From positions 32,001-96,000 of the IMG/VR virus record IMGVR_UViG_3300020156_000002: a DNA stretch of 64,000 bases. One strand, 5' to 3'. A model generated the notes under the pieces. It did no database searches, had not been told where the DNA came from, and was given only the letters and a program-made list of their open reading frames with translations. The position numbers and the translations under genes were made by a program. The DNA is from a virus. Within the stretch, counting starts at the first letter, position 1. The number at the start of each line of letters is the position of its first letter. Below are positions 52,864 through 63,822 of the stretch, one piece after another.

Positions 52864-53715
52864 TTATTTAGTTTTTATAGTTCCAGACCATACTTCAACA
52901 TTGCATCCATTTTTTGTTTTAATTTGTTGAATTATAACATCATACACAGTCTTAGATTTTAAATTCTTAACTGTAACATTTTTTTGCACTTTTCCATTTA
53001 CTAAAACTCTATATTTATTTTTGTGAACGGATATACTAAATGAGGTTTTGCCAACTGCAATATGGGGTGTTTTTGTATACTTTACTGTGAATGTTCCATA
53101 AGCTGGATTATATTTGTTTCCGATTTCGTCACTAGCTAATACTTTATACTTAAAATAATTATATCCAAGATACAAATTATTATTATTATTATTTAAATAT
53201 TGTACTTGACTACGTAATAGTCTTCCATAAACATTAGTTGTATTAAATTGTAAATTTTCAATATAGCTATGTGTCTCGAATCCATCCTCAGACTTCCAAT
53301 ACATTTTATCAACTACAAATTCTTTTCCATCTAAGTCACATTTTAATGTAGGATTAAACTCATTAACAACTATAGAAACATCAACATTACATCCCTCTAT
53401 TTGTTTGTTGCTATCTACATCTTTAAAGATTGAAACGCTTATTTTTTTATCTTTGCTTGCTTGTGTTAATTTATCTGGGAAAGTTGCAATGGTTAGTTCT
53501 TTTGCATCATATGTTACTATACCATTTGTCAATGTTCCATTTGCCACAAAATCTCTACCCATTGGTATTTCACCAACCATAAATTCGTATTTAGGTGTAA
53601 TCGTTCCATTAAACGACCAAACAGTAGTTTGAGCAGCGTTGGAAAATGTGTTATTTGATATAACACTTAGTGCTAACAATAATAACGTAATAATTAATTT
53701 TTTTATTTTTCTCAT
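52864..53715 (-). CDS. Secreted beta-rich protein (moron)
   Basis: Sec signal peptide MRKIKKLIITLLLLALSV...SNA; has its own promoter-like region (TTGTAT...TATAAT) and a downstream hairpin. Confidence 0.65.
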   Translation of the reverse strand: MRKIKKLIITLLLLALSVISNNTFSNAAQTTVWSFNGTITPKYEFMVGEIPMGRDFVANGTLTNGIVTYDAKELTIATFPDKLTQASKDKKISVSIFKDVDSNKQIEGCNVDVSIVVNEFNPTLKCDLDGKEFVVDKMYWKSEDGFETHSYIENLQFNTTNVYGRLLRSQVQYLNNNNNNLYLGYNYFKYKVLASDEIGNKYNPAYGTFTVKYTKTPHIAVGKTSFSISVHKNKYRVLVNGKVQKNVTVKNLKSKTVYDVIIQQIKTKNGCNVEVWSGTIKTK

Positions 53716-53778
53716 AATATATACCTCCTACTTGTATTATAGCACTAATTGTAAAAAATACAAGAATATGTAAATACC

Positions 53779-56700
53779 TTATTGTTTTAATTCAATTGAT
53801 CTAATTCTTTTTTCTAATTCTTGAATTAAACTAATAGCTGGGGAGATAAATTCTTCATATCTCAACATATAAATATATCCTGTTAATTCACTTGTAGTAT
53901 CAAACGTCCCATCTTCACTCATTACGGCATAAGTTGGATATTTAATAAATCCACCAAAATCTTTAGTATCCATACCTAATTCTTGCATAATCATTTCAAC
54001 ATCTTGACTAATAAATCCAGTGTGATATCTATCACTTGTACCATCATTGTATTTAAATCTCACAGGTTTAAGCTTAAGTATGAGTTGTTTATATATCTCT
54101 GGTAAATCCTCAATATCATGTTTTAGATTTCTATCTGAAGATGTAGCCAACGTTCCATAAATAGTTCCCCATCTATGAGTAGGATCTCCTAAATCTGCTG
54201 TCGACCATGGAAACAATTTGTTCCCATTCCATCTAACTGACTGTCCACCATCAGTTAAATCATAGTGAGTATGCCCTGTAGTAGCAAAATAATAACTTAA
54301 AGGATAACCATTCATACTAATAGAATTAGAAACATTAATAATTCTACAATTAATATTTCCACCATTAATTGTCGTATCGCCAGTTCCACCGAATGAATTA
54401 TCAGCAATCCATACGTTTGCTGCGTTTATCAATGAAAATTTTGATCCTACAGCACCTCCGGTGACATTAGAAAATTCATAAGATGCAAATGATGTTCCGG
54501 TGAATCTACCGTTCTTTATTGTAGCAGCATTATTGTTAGCACTATCAATATTGTTAAATTCTGATCCATTTATAGTTGAACCATTAATAGTAGAGGCATA
54601 AATCGTTCCTGAGAAATTACCATTTGTAGCAGTAAGATTATGGCAACTCAAAGTACCATCTTGTGACATCGAAAAATTAGAACTATTAACTACCAACCCG
54701 TTAGAATTTATAGTAACTAAACCATATTGGTCAACAGAAAACCTACCGTTATTAATATTGATTGAACCACCCGTTATTAATCCAGAAAATGTACCTGTTG
54801 CTGCCTCCAAGTCACCAGAAAATTTAAGTTTATTATTTACTGTATCTACATATAATTTTTTAGTACCATTAACAGCAATCTTAAATATTTCGCTAGGAGT
54901 ATTAGGATTAATCCCAACAGAATAAATACCATTTACAGCATTAAACCCATTAGCATTAGTAATAGAAAAATTGCCGGCTTCATTTAAAATAGCCAATTGA
55001 TTACCAAGTATTAAATCACCACATAATAATGGTGCCCACACCCCGTAAACAGTTTGTCCATTATAAACACCTTCACCAATAGCCATGCTAACAGTTTGCC
55101 ACGCATTTTGAGTAAGGTATAACCCATTTCCAACACCCCACATTTGGTTAGGAGAATAGTTATTTGTTTCATCAAGCCATTTTCTCCATTTAGTACCTGT
55201 AGAATCCGCAATGAAAGTTTCATTAGAAGCATTTTTTAGTTTCTGATTTGCCAAATTAAGAGTGGAAGACATGTATTCATTAAAAGAACTTGTCTTATTC
55301 TTGGCGTTATTCCATCCGGTTCCATTAATATTATAAGAAGTTGATATTGCACTTGATTGAGCTTGTACTTCAGCTAATTGAATATCATAACCATCTAACC
55401 TATTCTTACTACTAAAGGTTAAAGAAAAATCATCTGGATTATCCCAATTTATATGTATCTTTAATAGTCGAGATTCGACTAAAATATCATTGTCAAAATC
55501 AATTGTCATGATATTGCCTAATTCTAATTGATCAGTATACCTTTTAAATTCTGGAATTCTAGTAAAGTTGAGAGCATTTACTTCTAGTGTATAAGAAGGT
55601 TTACATCTTTTAGCCAAATCTTTTTGAGCCATATCTAACAATTCACGTTTCATCTCTAAAGCTTCAGCATCTGTCATGGATTCTGTAACTATAAAAGTAT
55701 CATCGGTGAATGTATCCTCCCTATAAAATTTACTCAACTCTTTAAATAAATCTTCTCCAAGATATTCCCGTAAATTTATAGTTAGACTCTTACAATATGA
55801 TTCTTGATTTTTTATTTCAGTTTCTTTTGCTGTTATTTGTGATTTTCTGATATTAAGTTCAGCATTAACAGATTCTCTTAATGAATAGTTACTATTATAA
55901 TTGGCAATGCTTGTAGAATCAGTTTTCCCAATATATAAAGCCATATTATTGTTATAAATATCATATTTCTCTTGTAATGCAACAGAGCCATATTCAGACC
56001 AATTCGTACTATCGGGTGTACTTGGCAATTTATTATATAAATTATTCAATTCTCCATATAAACCCTGTAGGGCAGTAATAGCATTAGTGAAACTGCTAAG
56101 TCTATTATTGTACGAAACTTCATATTGTTCGTATCTAGTTCTTAGAGCTTCACTCATCCACTTTTTATAATAACTAAAATTTGCTATTTGATTTGTTCCT
56201 GTTGGATTTACTTCTATAATTCCCAAGGTAGAACCATTATCATCACCACCAGCAACTGTATACACAGTTTTAATATCCGCTTCATCCGACTCTAAAATTG
56301 TGTTCACAATTACATTATCATATGACAAATATATATTTGTGTTTTTGCCTATATTCTCTAACTTATAAGCATTAACGGTTTGTGCTTTTGTGTCAAATTG
56401 GAATATACATTCATATGACTGGCTTGCTTTTTCAACTAAAAACGAGTATGCTCCGACCTCATCATCAGTAAACGTTCTATACTGTGTAGTTATTGCTGGG
56501 TCAATATATCCAACAGTCCATGATGGCATTTTTTGTAACCAAATATGAATTATACTATGAGATATGTCATACAAGTCATATAATTTATATCTATCTAATC
56601 CTCCTTGTTCATCGGTTGAAACACCTAATTGTCCGAAAGAAGTTAAAAGTTTTGAACATGCTTCATATTCGAGCGAAAATGCGCTTACTTCTTTATATTC

Positions 56701-56988
56701 ATTAACTCCATTCCCATTTTTAGATATTTTATTAATTAAAAACCATCCAACATTTGTGATTTGAACTAATAATGTTTCTTCAATATTTTCATAATTATAT
56801 GTTGGTTTACCATCTTCATATTTATATACTGTAAAACTGACCGTGGATATATTGTTAAAACACAAGTCTCCTTGCAATTCTCTTGCTTGTATAGTTCCTA
56901 ATATTTTCTTATTTTGTGTAGCCAAATAAACTATTGGTCTTTCAGGGCGGTTGTAAGCGTCAACACCAAATACCATATTATACACCAA
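53779..56988 (-). CDS. Tail spike/Tal-like protein with C-terminal peptidase S74 intramolecular chaperone
   Basis: Follows Dit; Gly/Asn/Ser-rich beta-helical region; SSDRNLKHDI...LKPVRFKY..GFISQDVE..LRYEEFI motif. Confidence 0.85.
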   Translation of the reverse strand: MVYNMVFGVDAYNRPERPIVYLATQNKKILGTIQARELQGDLCFNNISTVSFTVYKYEDGKPTYNYENIEETLLVQITNVGWFLINKISKNGNGVNEYKEVSAFSLEYEACSKLLTSFGQLGVSTDEQGGLDRYKLYDLYDISHSIIHIWLQKMPSWTVGYIDPAITTQYRTFTDDEVGAYSFLVEKASQSYECIFQFDTKAQTVNAYKLENIGKNTNIYLSYDNVIVNTILESDEADIKTVYTVAGGDDNGSTLGIIEVNPTGTNQIANFSYYKKWMSEALRTRYEQYEVSYNNRLSSFTNAITALQGLYGELNNLYNKLPSTPDSTNWSEYGSVALQEKYDIYNNNMALYIGKTDSTSIANYNSNYSLRESVNAELNIRKSQITAKETEIKNQESYCKSLTINLREYLGEDLFKELSKFYREDTFTDDTFIVTESMTDAEALEMKRELLDMAQKDLAKRCKPSYTLEVNALNFTRIPEFKRYTDQLELGNIMTIDFDNDILVESRLLKIHINWDNPDDFSLTFSSKNRLDGYDIQLAEVQAQSSAISTSYNINGTGWNNAKNKTSSFNEYMSSTLNLANQKLKNASNETFIADSTGTKWRKWLDETNNYSPNQMWGVGNGLYLTQNAWQTVSMAIGEGVYNGQTVYGVWAPLLCGDLILGNQLAILNEAGNFSITNANGFNAVNGIYSVGINPNTPSEIFKIAVNGTKKLYVDTVNNKLKFSGDLEAATGTFSGLITGGSININNGRFSVDQYGLVTINSNGLVVNSSNFSMSQDGTLSCHNLTATNGNFSGTIYASTINGSTINGSEFNNIDSANNNAATIKNGRFTGTSFASYEFSNVTGGAVGSKFSLINAANVWIADNSFGGTGDTTINGGNINCRIINVSNSISMNGYPLSYYFATTGHTHYDLTDGGQSVRWNGNKLFPWSTADLGDPTHRWGTIYGTLATSSDRNLKHDIEDLPEIYKQLILKLKPVRFKYNDGTSDRYHTGFISQDVEMIMQELGMDTKDFGGFIKYPTYAVMSEDGTFDTTSELTGYIYMLRYEEFISPAISLIQELEKRIRSIELKQ

Positions 56989-57817
56989 CCCTTCTCGGTT
57001 CTCTGTAGCTAATAGTAACCGTACACAAATTACTAAACGTTAGAGTATTTAATCCATCAACAAATCTTATCCAGCGTTTATTAAAATCTTTCCATACATC
57101 ATGAGAAGTAGAAGATGATATAAATGGTATTTCTCCTTCAATTGTGATTGTTTCGCCAGCAACTAAATTATTAATCGTAAAAACACTATTGCTAACCTCT
57201 GTACTATTAGTAATAGATAAACTTCCAGGCGCGTTAGCTAATATAGTTATATTAGGGTAAATATAATCGTCAATGTCATTATTAATATATAATTTAATCT
57301 GTTGATTGGTAGAAACGATATTATATGATTTTTTTATCATAGAAGAATATCCATATGGAGCATTGCAAGTAACAGTAAACTCCATACCTACAACATTTAT
57401 CACTTTGATAATTTGCGGATTTGATATATTGACTTCAAACTCAGTATCATAAAATCTATCATCATCCATCTGAAATTTTATAAATTTTCCTCGTTTGCAA
57501 AGCCATTTTTTTATTGAGCGTTCTTTTACTTCGTCTATATTAGAACCATCATCATTTATTATTTGGAATGTAAATGATAATGGTTTAGTATATTCTTGGC
57601 TTAATATTTTAAATTTATTGCTTCTAGGAGTTTTACTAATATTTAGTTCAGTTTCACCTTCTCCAGAAACAATTTCTGCACCAGATATCGTATCAAATCT
57701 TACACATACAACTCCATATTCTTCGCTTGATTCTCTATCTGCTATGAAATTAGAAAACATATTTACTCCTTTCCGCATATAAAAGGGACTACTCAAAATT
57801 GAATAGTCCCAATGCAA
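56978..57817 (-). CDS. Distal tail protein (Dit)
   Basis: Lies between the TMP and tail protein; SSEEYGV, IKKWL, FTVTCNAPYGYS and YPNITI motifs. The true start is probably the Met of MFSNF. Confidence 0.8.
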   Translation of the reverse strand: MHWDYSILSSPFYMRKGVNMFSNFIADRESSEEYGVVCVRFDTISGAEIVSGEGETELNISKTPRSNKFKILSQEYTKPLSFTFQIINDDGSNIDEVKERSIKKWLCKRGKFIKFQMDDDRFYDTEFEVNISNPQIIKVINVVGMEFTVTCNAPYGYSSMIKKSYNIVSTNQQIKLYINNDIDDYIYPNITILANAPGSLSITNSTEVSNSVFTINNLVAGETITIEGEIPFISSSTSHDVWKDFNKRWIRFVDGLNTLTFSNLCTVTISYREPRRVGV

Positions 57818-57818
57818 A

Positions 57819-60800
57819 TTATTTACGTTGTCTTATTAACATTACCAAATCTTCCTGACTTTTCTTTATTGCTTTTGTAACAATACCTTGAACATCAACT
57901 GTTTTATCAAGATTTCCTTCAACATTAATTAAATTATCATAATGTACGTTTATTCCTCCATTGTTTGGTGAGATATTACTTATATTTGGTTTATAATACG
58001 AATTAACAGCAGCTTTAACAGATGGAAGGTCATTTACCAGTTGTTCAAATAGCTCACCTTGTTTTGCAGTAAGAATCGGCTCATTTCTCTTAACTAAAGC
58101 AATTCCTTCATCATCAAGTGAGTTAACTATTTTACCTTTTCCACCTTTGCTAAATCCAGCTTTTTTCATAGCAGCTATCAATGCTGAATTTTGAGCCGAT
58201 GTTGACTTATATGTACCACTTAATCCAAAATATTTCCATAGTGTTGCTCTTGAGCTTTCACTAGAGTCATAGCCTAGGGATTTTAATCTATCTACAATGT
58301 TTGAATCTTTGTTAAGTTCACCTTTATCACCAAGATATGAAACAGAACTGATTGGTAATGTCTTGTTTGATGTTTTTTTATTTGACTCAGCAGATGAGGC
58401 AGATTTTGAGCTTCCACCACTAAACATATCAGACACAGTTTTAGATACAGTACTTGATGCTTTTTCAGAAGTTTCCACCATTCTTCCCAAAGGAGAATCT
58501 GGTAATGAATTCAGTGCTTGTCTATATAATTCAATCGCAGTAATAGCATTTTGCCATGGAGTTATAATGCTATCAGTTATTGTCAAACCATGTTCACTTG
58601 CTAATGATTTGATACCATCACTAACCGTTGTAGTATCACTCATAACTTGATTTAATGCATTTTTAACAAGAGTTTCTTGGTCTTTTAAAGATTTTTCCAG
58701 TGCATCCGTTTTTGCTTTTTGTGCTTTTTCGTATTTATCATATTCATCATCTAAAGCATCAGACTGAGCATCGATAGAATGTTGATATTGTTCCTCTTGA
58801 AGTTCATCTTTCTTTTGGTTTAGTTCGTTTTCTAGTTTCAGTCTTTGTGCAATATCTTTTCTATCAGTACTTAATTTTAAAGCTGCTATTTGTTTCTGTA
58901 ATGAAGTTATATTTTTGCTTTTTTCAGATATAGATTTCTCATAGTCATGTAAATCTTTTGCTGCCTGTAGTGCTTTTTTTCTCAGTTCAATTGATTCTTT
59001 AAATTTATCAGTTTCCTTATCTATGGCATCTATTTCTGTTTGAATACGAGCCTTTTCAAGATTGGCAATAGCTTCTTCTGCGGCTTGCGTTTGACTTACT
59101 GCATCTCTTTGCAAACTTTGATAATTAGCCAATTCTTCATCATATTGTTTTTGAGTTATAGTACCAGCTTTAAGTTCCTTCTTTAGAGTTGCAATAGCTG
59201 TGCCATATTGAGAAACAAGATTTTTTGATTGAGACATCTGTTCAGCATATAAACCAAGTTTTGTAATCCCTTTGTCTGTATATTCGCCATATTCATCTAG
59301 TGCTTCATCGTCGCTAATCAAATCGGCTAAGTCAGATATCTCATCTTTAAGATTATTAATCTTAGTAATACCTGTGTCAAAACTTTCCCATTTAAGACTT
59401 CTAATTTCTGTTTTAAAATCATAAATAGAAGAAGTAGCGGTTCTTATATCTGAATTCAATTGATTTATATAAGAAAGTCCTGCTTTATAATCAGTGCTAC
59501 CTTTTTTAATAATTCCTTCTTTGACTTGCTGATTAAATACTTTGGTGTAAGCATTTAATTCTTTTTTAGAATTACTAATTAAATCGTTTTGAAGTTTTAT
59601 CAAATAATTATAATCCGATACTTTTACTTGACTGCCACGGTCTTTCTTCAAATCTATCAAAGATTGTCTACGAGATATTTTTGAATTAATATACTCGTTA
59701 CTATTATCAAAGTATTTTGTAATATTATCAAGTTTCTGAGCATTTAATTCTTTTATTTCAGCATTTATAGAAGCAATTTCCTTACCAACATTCGCAGCTT
59801 CATTTTTCCATTTTTGATAGTCTTCAATTTTCTTAGCAAGTTTCTCGTTTGTGATTGTTTCAATTTTCAATCCACCATTTGCAACTAATTCTTGATATTT
59901 TTTTGGTAATTTTACATTTTTGGCAGCTTTATTATATTTATCTTGTACCGCCTTTAAACTTTTCTTTTCATCTATTTTTGCATTTACAGCAATATCAATT
60001 TTAGCGTTTTTGTATTTATATGAAGTATACTTAGCTATAGAATCTATTGCCTTTTGAGCCTTATCTTTTAACTTATCAATCTTAATTGATAGCCAGTCAA
60101 ATACTTGAGAAAACTGGTTTTTAGTATCTTTGCCACCACTTTTACTTTTCCCCTTTTTTGAGTTACCAGTTCTATCACTTGCTAATGCTATGTTATTTAA
60201 ATTTAAACCAGTATTATCCGATTGTGAAAATAAATTTGATGCTTGATTATAATAGTATTGTTCTCGTTCTGCTTCTTTTTTCTTTTGCTCGACTTCTTTT
60301 TCTAACGATTTAGTAAAAGCATCAGCCATTTCTTTACCGCCAGTTGCTCGCCAAATTGATTCATTATAGGCATCGCTACCTCCAGGTAGTTTAGGAGGGG
60401 TATTGGCAATTTTTTCTGCCTTAGAAGCACTTTCACGAGCATTATAATAATCAGCCCATTTTTTATTTAAAGAACTTAAAAGTGTAGTGTCTGTTTCATA
60501 CTTTGCTTGAGCCAGCGATTTAAAATTACCAAAATCTGTTTTATAGTAATTACTTAAACTATTTACAATATCTGAATGGTTTTTGACAACAGCGTTATAA
60601 TAATTAGTATCCAACATTAGAACATCTTTGTAATAGTCTTCAGCTGCAGCCTTTTGGTCTTCAATCCCTTTTTTGAGTTGTTCTCTAAGTTCTTTTTCAT
60701 TACCTATATATGCTAATAATTTAGGATACTTTTGAGTAATAGTTTGTAGTCCCTCAAGAGTTAACCCATTATTGTCATCCATATCTTTTAATATAGACGT

Positions 60801-62522
60801 GTAATCTTCAACAGCAGCTTGAGCATTGCCAATAGCATTTTGTAAATCTGAGATATTTACGTCTTTACCCAAATCATTTACATAACCTGTAGCATCTTCT
60901 GCCGCAGCCGCAAGGGAGTAGAATGAGCTAGTCTGTTTCTTTGTTGCTTCCGTAGCGGAATCAGTTGAAGTGGTGAGATTATTAGTTGCATCAGTTGTCT
61001 TTTCAATAGAATCTAACCATTTGGTATAAGAACTCAAAGAATTGTCTACAATCTTTTTCATTTTATTTCCAGAGTCTGTAGCCCCAATTAAACTCTCAGA
61101 TTCTTTCTGCATTTCACTTGCTAACGAGTTGGCATATTTCCTTGAATCATTCATTTTGTTAGACAATGATGATAATTCTTTTTCATTATTATTAAATTCT
61201 TTAGTATTTCCTTTTCCTGCATTTGCCAATTTTTGTTGAGCTTTTTCTAATGATTCATAGACTTCTGATAAATTATTATAATCATCAATTACTTTTTGAA
61301 GTTCAACATCCCTAGTTACTTTGTCATATACAACTTTGCCTCCAGTCAATTCACTGTATACAGTTTTATAATCATATTTACTGTTTACAGTTTTTCCAAG
61401 AGTTTCAGTTGCAGTTTTTTCAGCTTCCAACCCTTCAATGCGTTGCTTTTCTTTGGCAATATCAAGTTGTCTTTGAAGTTCTTTTGTTTGATTTTCTAAC
61501 TTTTGTTGTTCTCCATCTTTTACAACACTTGCTCCGCCAATATTATTTAATTCTGCAAGACGATCTTTACAATTTTTTAGTTCAGCCTCTAAAGATTTGA
61601 CATTTGAAGTAGCAGTATTATACGCTTGTTTTTGTTCTGCTAATTTTTCTTGTGACTCCTCTAATGTTACATTAAAATAATCATAGGCTTTTGTGATAGC
61701 AGTAATAACACCCAAAGCTGCTATTACTGGTAAAATATTACCTAGTACAGCAACAAATACACCTGCTCCTTCTCCAGCTAAACCAAGAGCAGTACCCAAA
61801 CTAGCTAAACCATTTGTGAGCGAAGGAATTAATGTTAATAATCCCTTTCCTCCAAGTATGCCCACAGTAGTCAATATTGCAACATTAAACAATCCAACTT
61901 TATCTATAACATCAAGGACAGTAGAGGACAATTGTAATAAAAATTTAACAACATCACTATTGATAGTATCATGCCATAATGACTGAACCGTTGCTTGCAA
62001 TTCTTCATATTTTGCTTTTAAAGATTCAGCATATTTTTCTTGGTTTTGAAGCGTGGTTCCGTCTGCATCTTTAGCTTTTTCTGCCATATCATAATAGTCG
62101 CCATACGCCTTAATCATAGAACGGAAAACTGCGGTTTGTCTTGTTCCGGCAACCTGATATGCTATTTTACTTAAGTCAACTTGTGATATATTGTCAAGCT
62201 TTTTATAGATATCTCCCATAATATCATCAAAATTTCTAAATGTATCATTTGATGACCTTACTTCAATTCCTACGCCTCTGAGTGCAGCTTCTGCTTTGGA
62301 GATATCGTCCATAGTAACTTCACCATTAGCAACAGCCGCCTTATTTGCGTTGGTGACACGAACCATCATAGTCTTTAAACTATTGCCTATTTCAGCTCCG
62401 CTACGTCTTGTTTTTTCTATCATAGTACCTAATAATGCTATGTAATTTTCTAGACTAACACCTGCATCATTAGCAACGCTACCTGAAGCCTGGATACCTT
62501 CTGCTATTTCCTTAATACCTTT
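57819..62522 (-). CDS. Tape measure protein, exon 2
   Basis: The frame is open from 62522 (KGIKEIAEGIQASGSVANDAGVSLENYIALLGT) into the 1534-aa ORF; SGAEIGNSLKT TP901-type motif and long coiled coils. Confidence 0.9.
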   Translation of the reverse strand, partial: KGIKEIAEGIQASGSVANDAGVSLENYIALLGTMIEKTRRSGAEIGNSLKTMMVRVTNANKAAVANGEVTMDDISKAEAALRGVGIEVRSSNDTFRNFDDIMGDIYKKLDNISQVDLSKIAYQVAGTRQTAVFRSMIKAYGDYYDMAEKAKDADGTTLQNQEKYAESLKAKYEELQATVQSLWHDTINSDVVKFLLQLSSTVLDVIDKVGLFNVAILTTVGILGGKGLLTLIPSLTNGLASLGTALGLAGEGAGVFVAVLGNILPVIAALGVITAITKAYDYFNVTLEESQEKLAEQKQAYNTATSNVKSLEAELKNCKDRLAELNNIGGASVVKDGEQQKLENQTKELQRQLDIAKEKQRIEGLEAEKTATETLGKTVNSKYDYKTVYSELTGGKVVYDKVTRDVELQKVIDDYNNLSEVYESLEKAQQKLANAGKGNTKEFNNNEKELSSLSNKMNDSRKYANSLASEMQKESESLIGATDSGNKMKKIVDNSLSSYTKWLDSIEKTTDATNNLTTSTDSATEATKKQTSSFYSLAAAAEDATGYVNDLGKDVNISDLQNAIGNAQAAVEDYTSILKDMDDNNGLTLEGLQTITQKYPKLLAYIGNEKELREQLKKGIEDQKAAAEDYYKDVLMLDTNYYNAVVKNHSDIVNSLSNYYKTDFGNFKSLAQAKYETDTTLLSSLNKKWADYYNARESASKAEKIANTPPKLPGGSDAYNESIWRATGGKEMADAFTKSLEKEVEQKKKEAEREQYYYNQASNLFSQSDNTGLNLNNIALASDRTGNSKKGKSKSGGKDTKNQFSQVFDWLSIKIDKLKDKAQKAIDSIAKYTSYKYKNAKIDIAVNAKIDEKKSLKAVQDKYNKAAKNVKLPKKYQELVANGGLKIETITNEKLAKKIEDYQKWKNEAANVGKEIASINAEIKELNAQKLDNITKYFDNSNEYINSKISRRQSLIDLKKDRGSQVKVSDYNYLIKLQNDLISNSKKELNAYTKVFNQQVKEGIIKKGSTDYKAGLSYINQLNSDIRTATSSIYDFKTEIRSLKWESFDTGITKINNLKDEISDLADLISDDEALDEYGEYTDKGITKLGLYAEQMSQSKNLVSQYGTAIATLKKELKAGTITQKQYDEELANYQSLQRDAVSQTQAAEEAIANLEKARIQTEIDAIDKETDKFKESIELRKKALQAAKDLHDYEKSISEKSKNITSLQKQIAALKLSTDRKDIAQRLKLENELNQKKDELQEEQYQHSIDAQSDALDDEYDKYEKAQKAKTDALEKSLKDQETLVKNALNQVMSDTTTVSDGIKSLASEHGLTITDSIITPWQNAITAIELYRQALNSLPDSPLGRMVETSEKASSTVSKTVSDMFSGGSSKSASSAESNKKTSNKTLPISSVSYLGDKGELNKDSNIVDRLKSLGYDSSESSRATLWKYFGLSGTYKSTSAQNSALIAAMKKAGFSKGGKGKIVNSLDDEGIALVKRNEPILTAKQGELFEQLVNDLPSVKAAVNSYYKPNISNISPNNGGINVHYDNLINVEGNLDKTVDVQGIVTKAIKKSQEDLVMLIRQRK

Positions 62523-62979
62523 CGGATGTTATTAACCGTAAGCTTTTTATCTTACGCTCTGGAAGTTTCCCTCATTTTCATCGATTGGTCATTTCCAATC
62601 CAGCCTAGCATATATATTCACCCTCGTTTAACGTTAGGCAAATAGGAGACTAGCCCTATTTGGAATAAACTTTATTTATCCGTGTAAACCACTCGTGGAG
62701 ATGTTTTGTTCTAAAATCTATTATTTTAGGTTCAATCTCTATGCGTTACGGTGACAGACAATCTTTGGTTGTCTGTTTACCTCGGTATTAGCTTGCTATA
62801 CTTATAAATTGTTATGGAGCAATTTAACTTCTTCAATTGCACCACATTTGACTAATTCGTCCGATAGAAAATACACTATATTTCTTTCTCTACAAAAACG
62901 TTATTATAAGATAGTTTAGCTTTTACCGATTTTGGTTTATGTTCATTAGATTATTTCTAATCTAAGCAGCAAATTGTTT
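62523..62979 (-). ncRNA. Group I self-splicing intron (457 nt, no ORF) in the tape measure gene
   Basis: 5' exon ends in U paired to G in P1 (CAGU/AAA-caa-UUUGCUG). P3 UAAACCA/UGGUUUA, P4 UCGGU/ACCGA, P7 GCAUA/UAUGC and terminal G are present. Splicing restores the reading frame. Confidence 0.9.
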
Positions 62980-63822
62980 ACTGAAGTCTACATTCATTGA
63001 CTGAGATACCTTCTCAAACACATCAGATATGTGCATTAATTGGTCTTCAGCCAAAGAAAATTGTTCCATTGTACCCTGTAAAATATCAGCGGTGTCAGAT
63101 GCCGACATACCTGTTACATTACTTAATAGAAGTGTAGGTTGTGCTTTTTGTAAGATACTTTGTGCGGTTTCATTAGCGTTAGCATAGATAGTAACAGCTT
63201 GAAGCACATTAGATGCAGATGTTTTTAAATCTTTAGCCATTTTTATCGATGATTCTGCTATATTATTTAAATCACTTTTTGAAACATCCATGGTGTAATT
63301 TATATTTGTAAGAGCAGAGTCAAGTTCTCCTACAAATCTTACTCCATCTTGGAATGAACGCCAAACACCCATTAATAAATTTCCAGCTACAAGCCATTCT
63401 GAAAATTTTGTAATATTATTTTTTAATACTTTTCCTATGGATTGAACTTCTAGCCCGGCTTCTTTGGCAGTACCCTTGAATTTTGTTAACTGTGAATTAG
63501 CAGTAGTTAAATCTATTTGTTTTCCTGATTCTTGAGCCTTTTTAAATGCATTAGATATATCATCTATTTCACTTGCATAAGCTTTTAATTTACTTTGATT
63601 TAAAGAATTTGTATAAGCCTGGAAACTCTTTCTTGCTCCTTCAGCTCTATTCCTTACTATATCAAGTTTATCAGCCATTTGTTGAATTAATTTAGTGTCA
63701 ACTTTTGCTTTTATACCAACTTCATATTCCTTTTCTAGTGCTTTAAGTTTAGACCTTAATTCTTTGTCTGCCTTAGTTAAATCATATAGTGCTTCTATTT
63801 TAATACGATAATCATTAGCCAT
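62980..63822 (-). CDS. Tape measure protein, exon 1 (281 codons)
   Basis: ELDSALTNI...LLLSNVTGM..TADIL...QF TP901-core pattern, ending at SMNVDFS. Confidence 0.9.

Noticed and set aside
46653-56988. Diversity-generating retroelement acting on tail genes
   Set aside because: No reverse transcriptase and no TR/VR repeat pair was seen in the window.
62424-62961. Two separate genes, or a frameshifted/pseudogenised tape measure gene
   Set aside because: The gap has group I intron pairings, and its precise removal restores the frame.
62523-62979. Group II intron, IStron or intron-encoded homing endonuclease
   Set aside because: No GUGYG/AY ends and no ORF of 60 aa or more inside.
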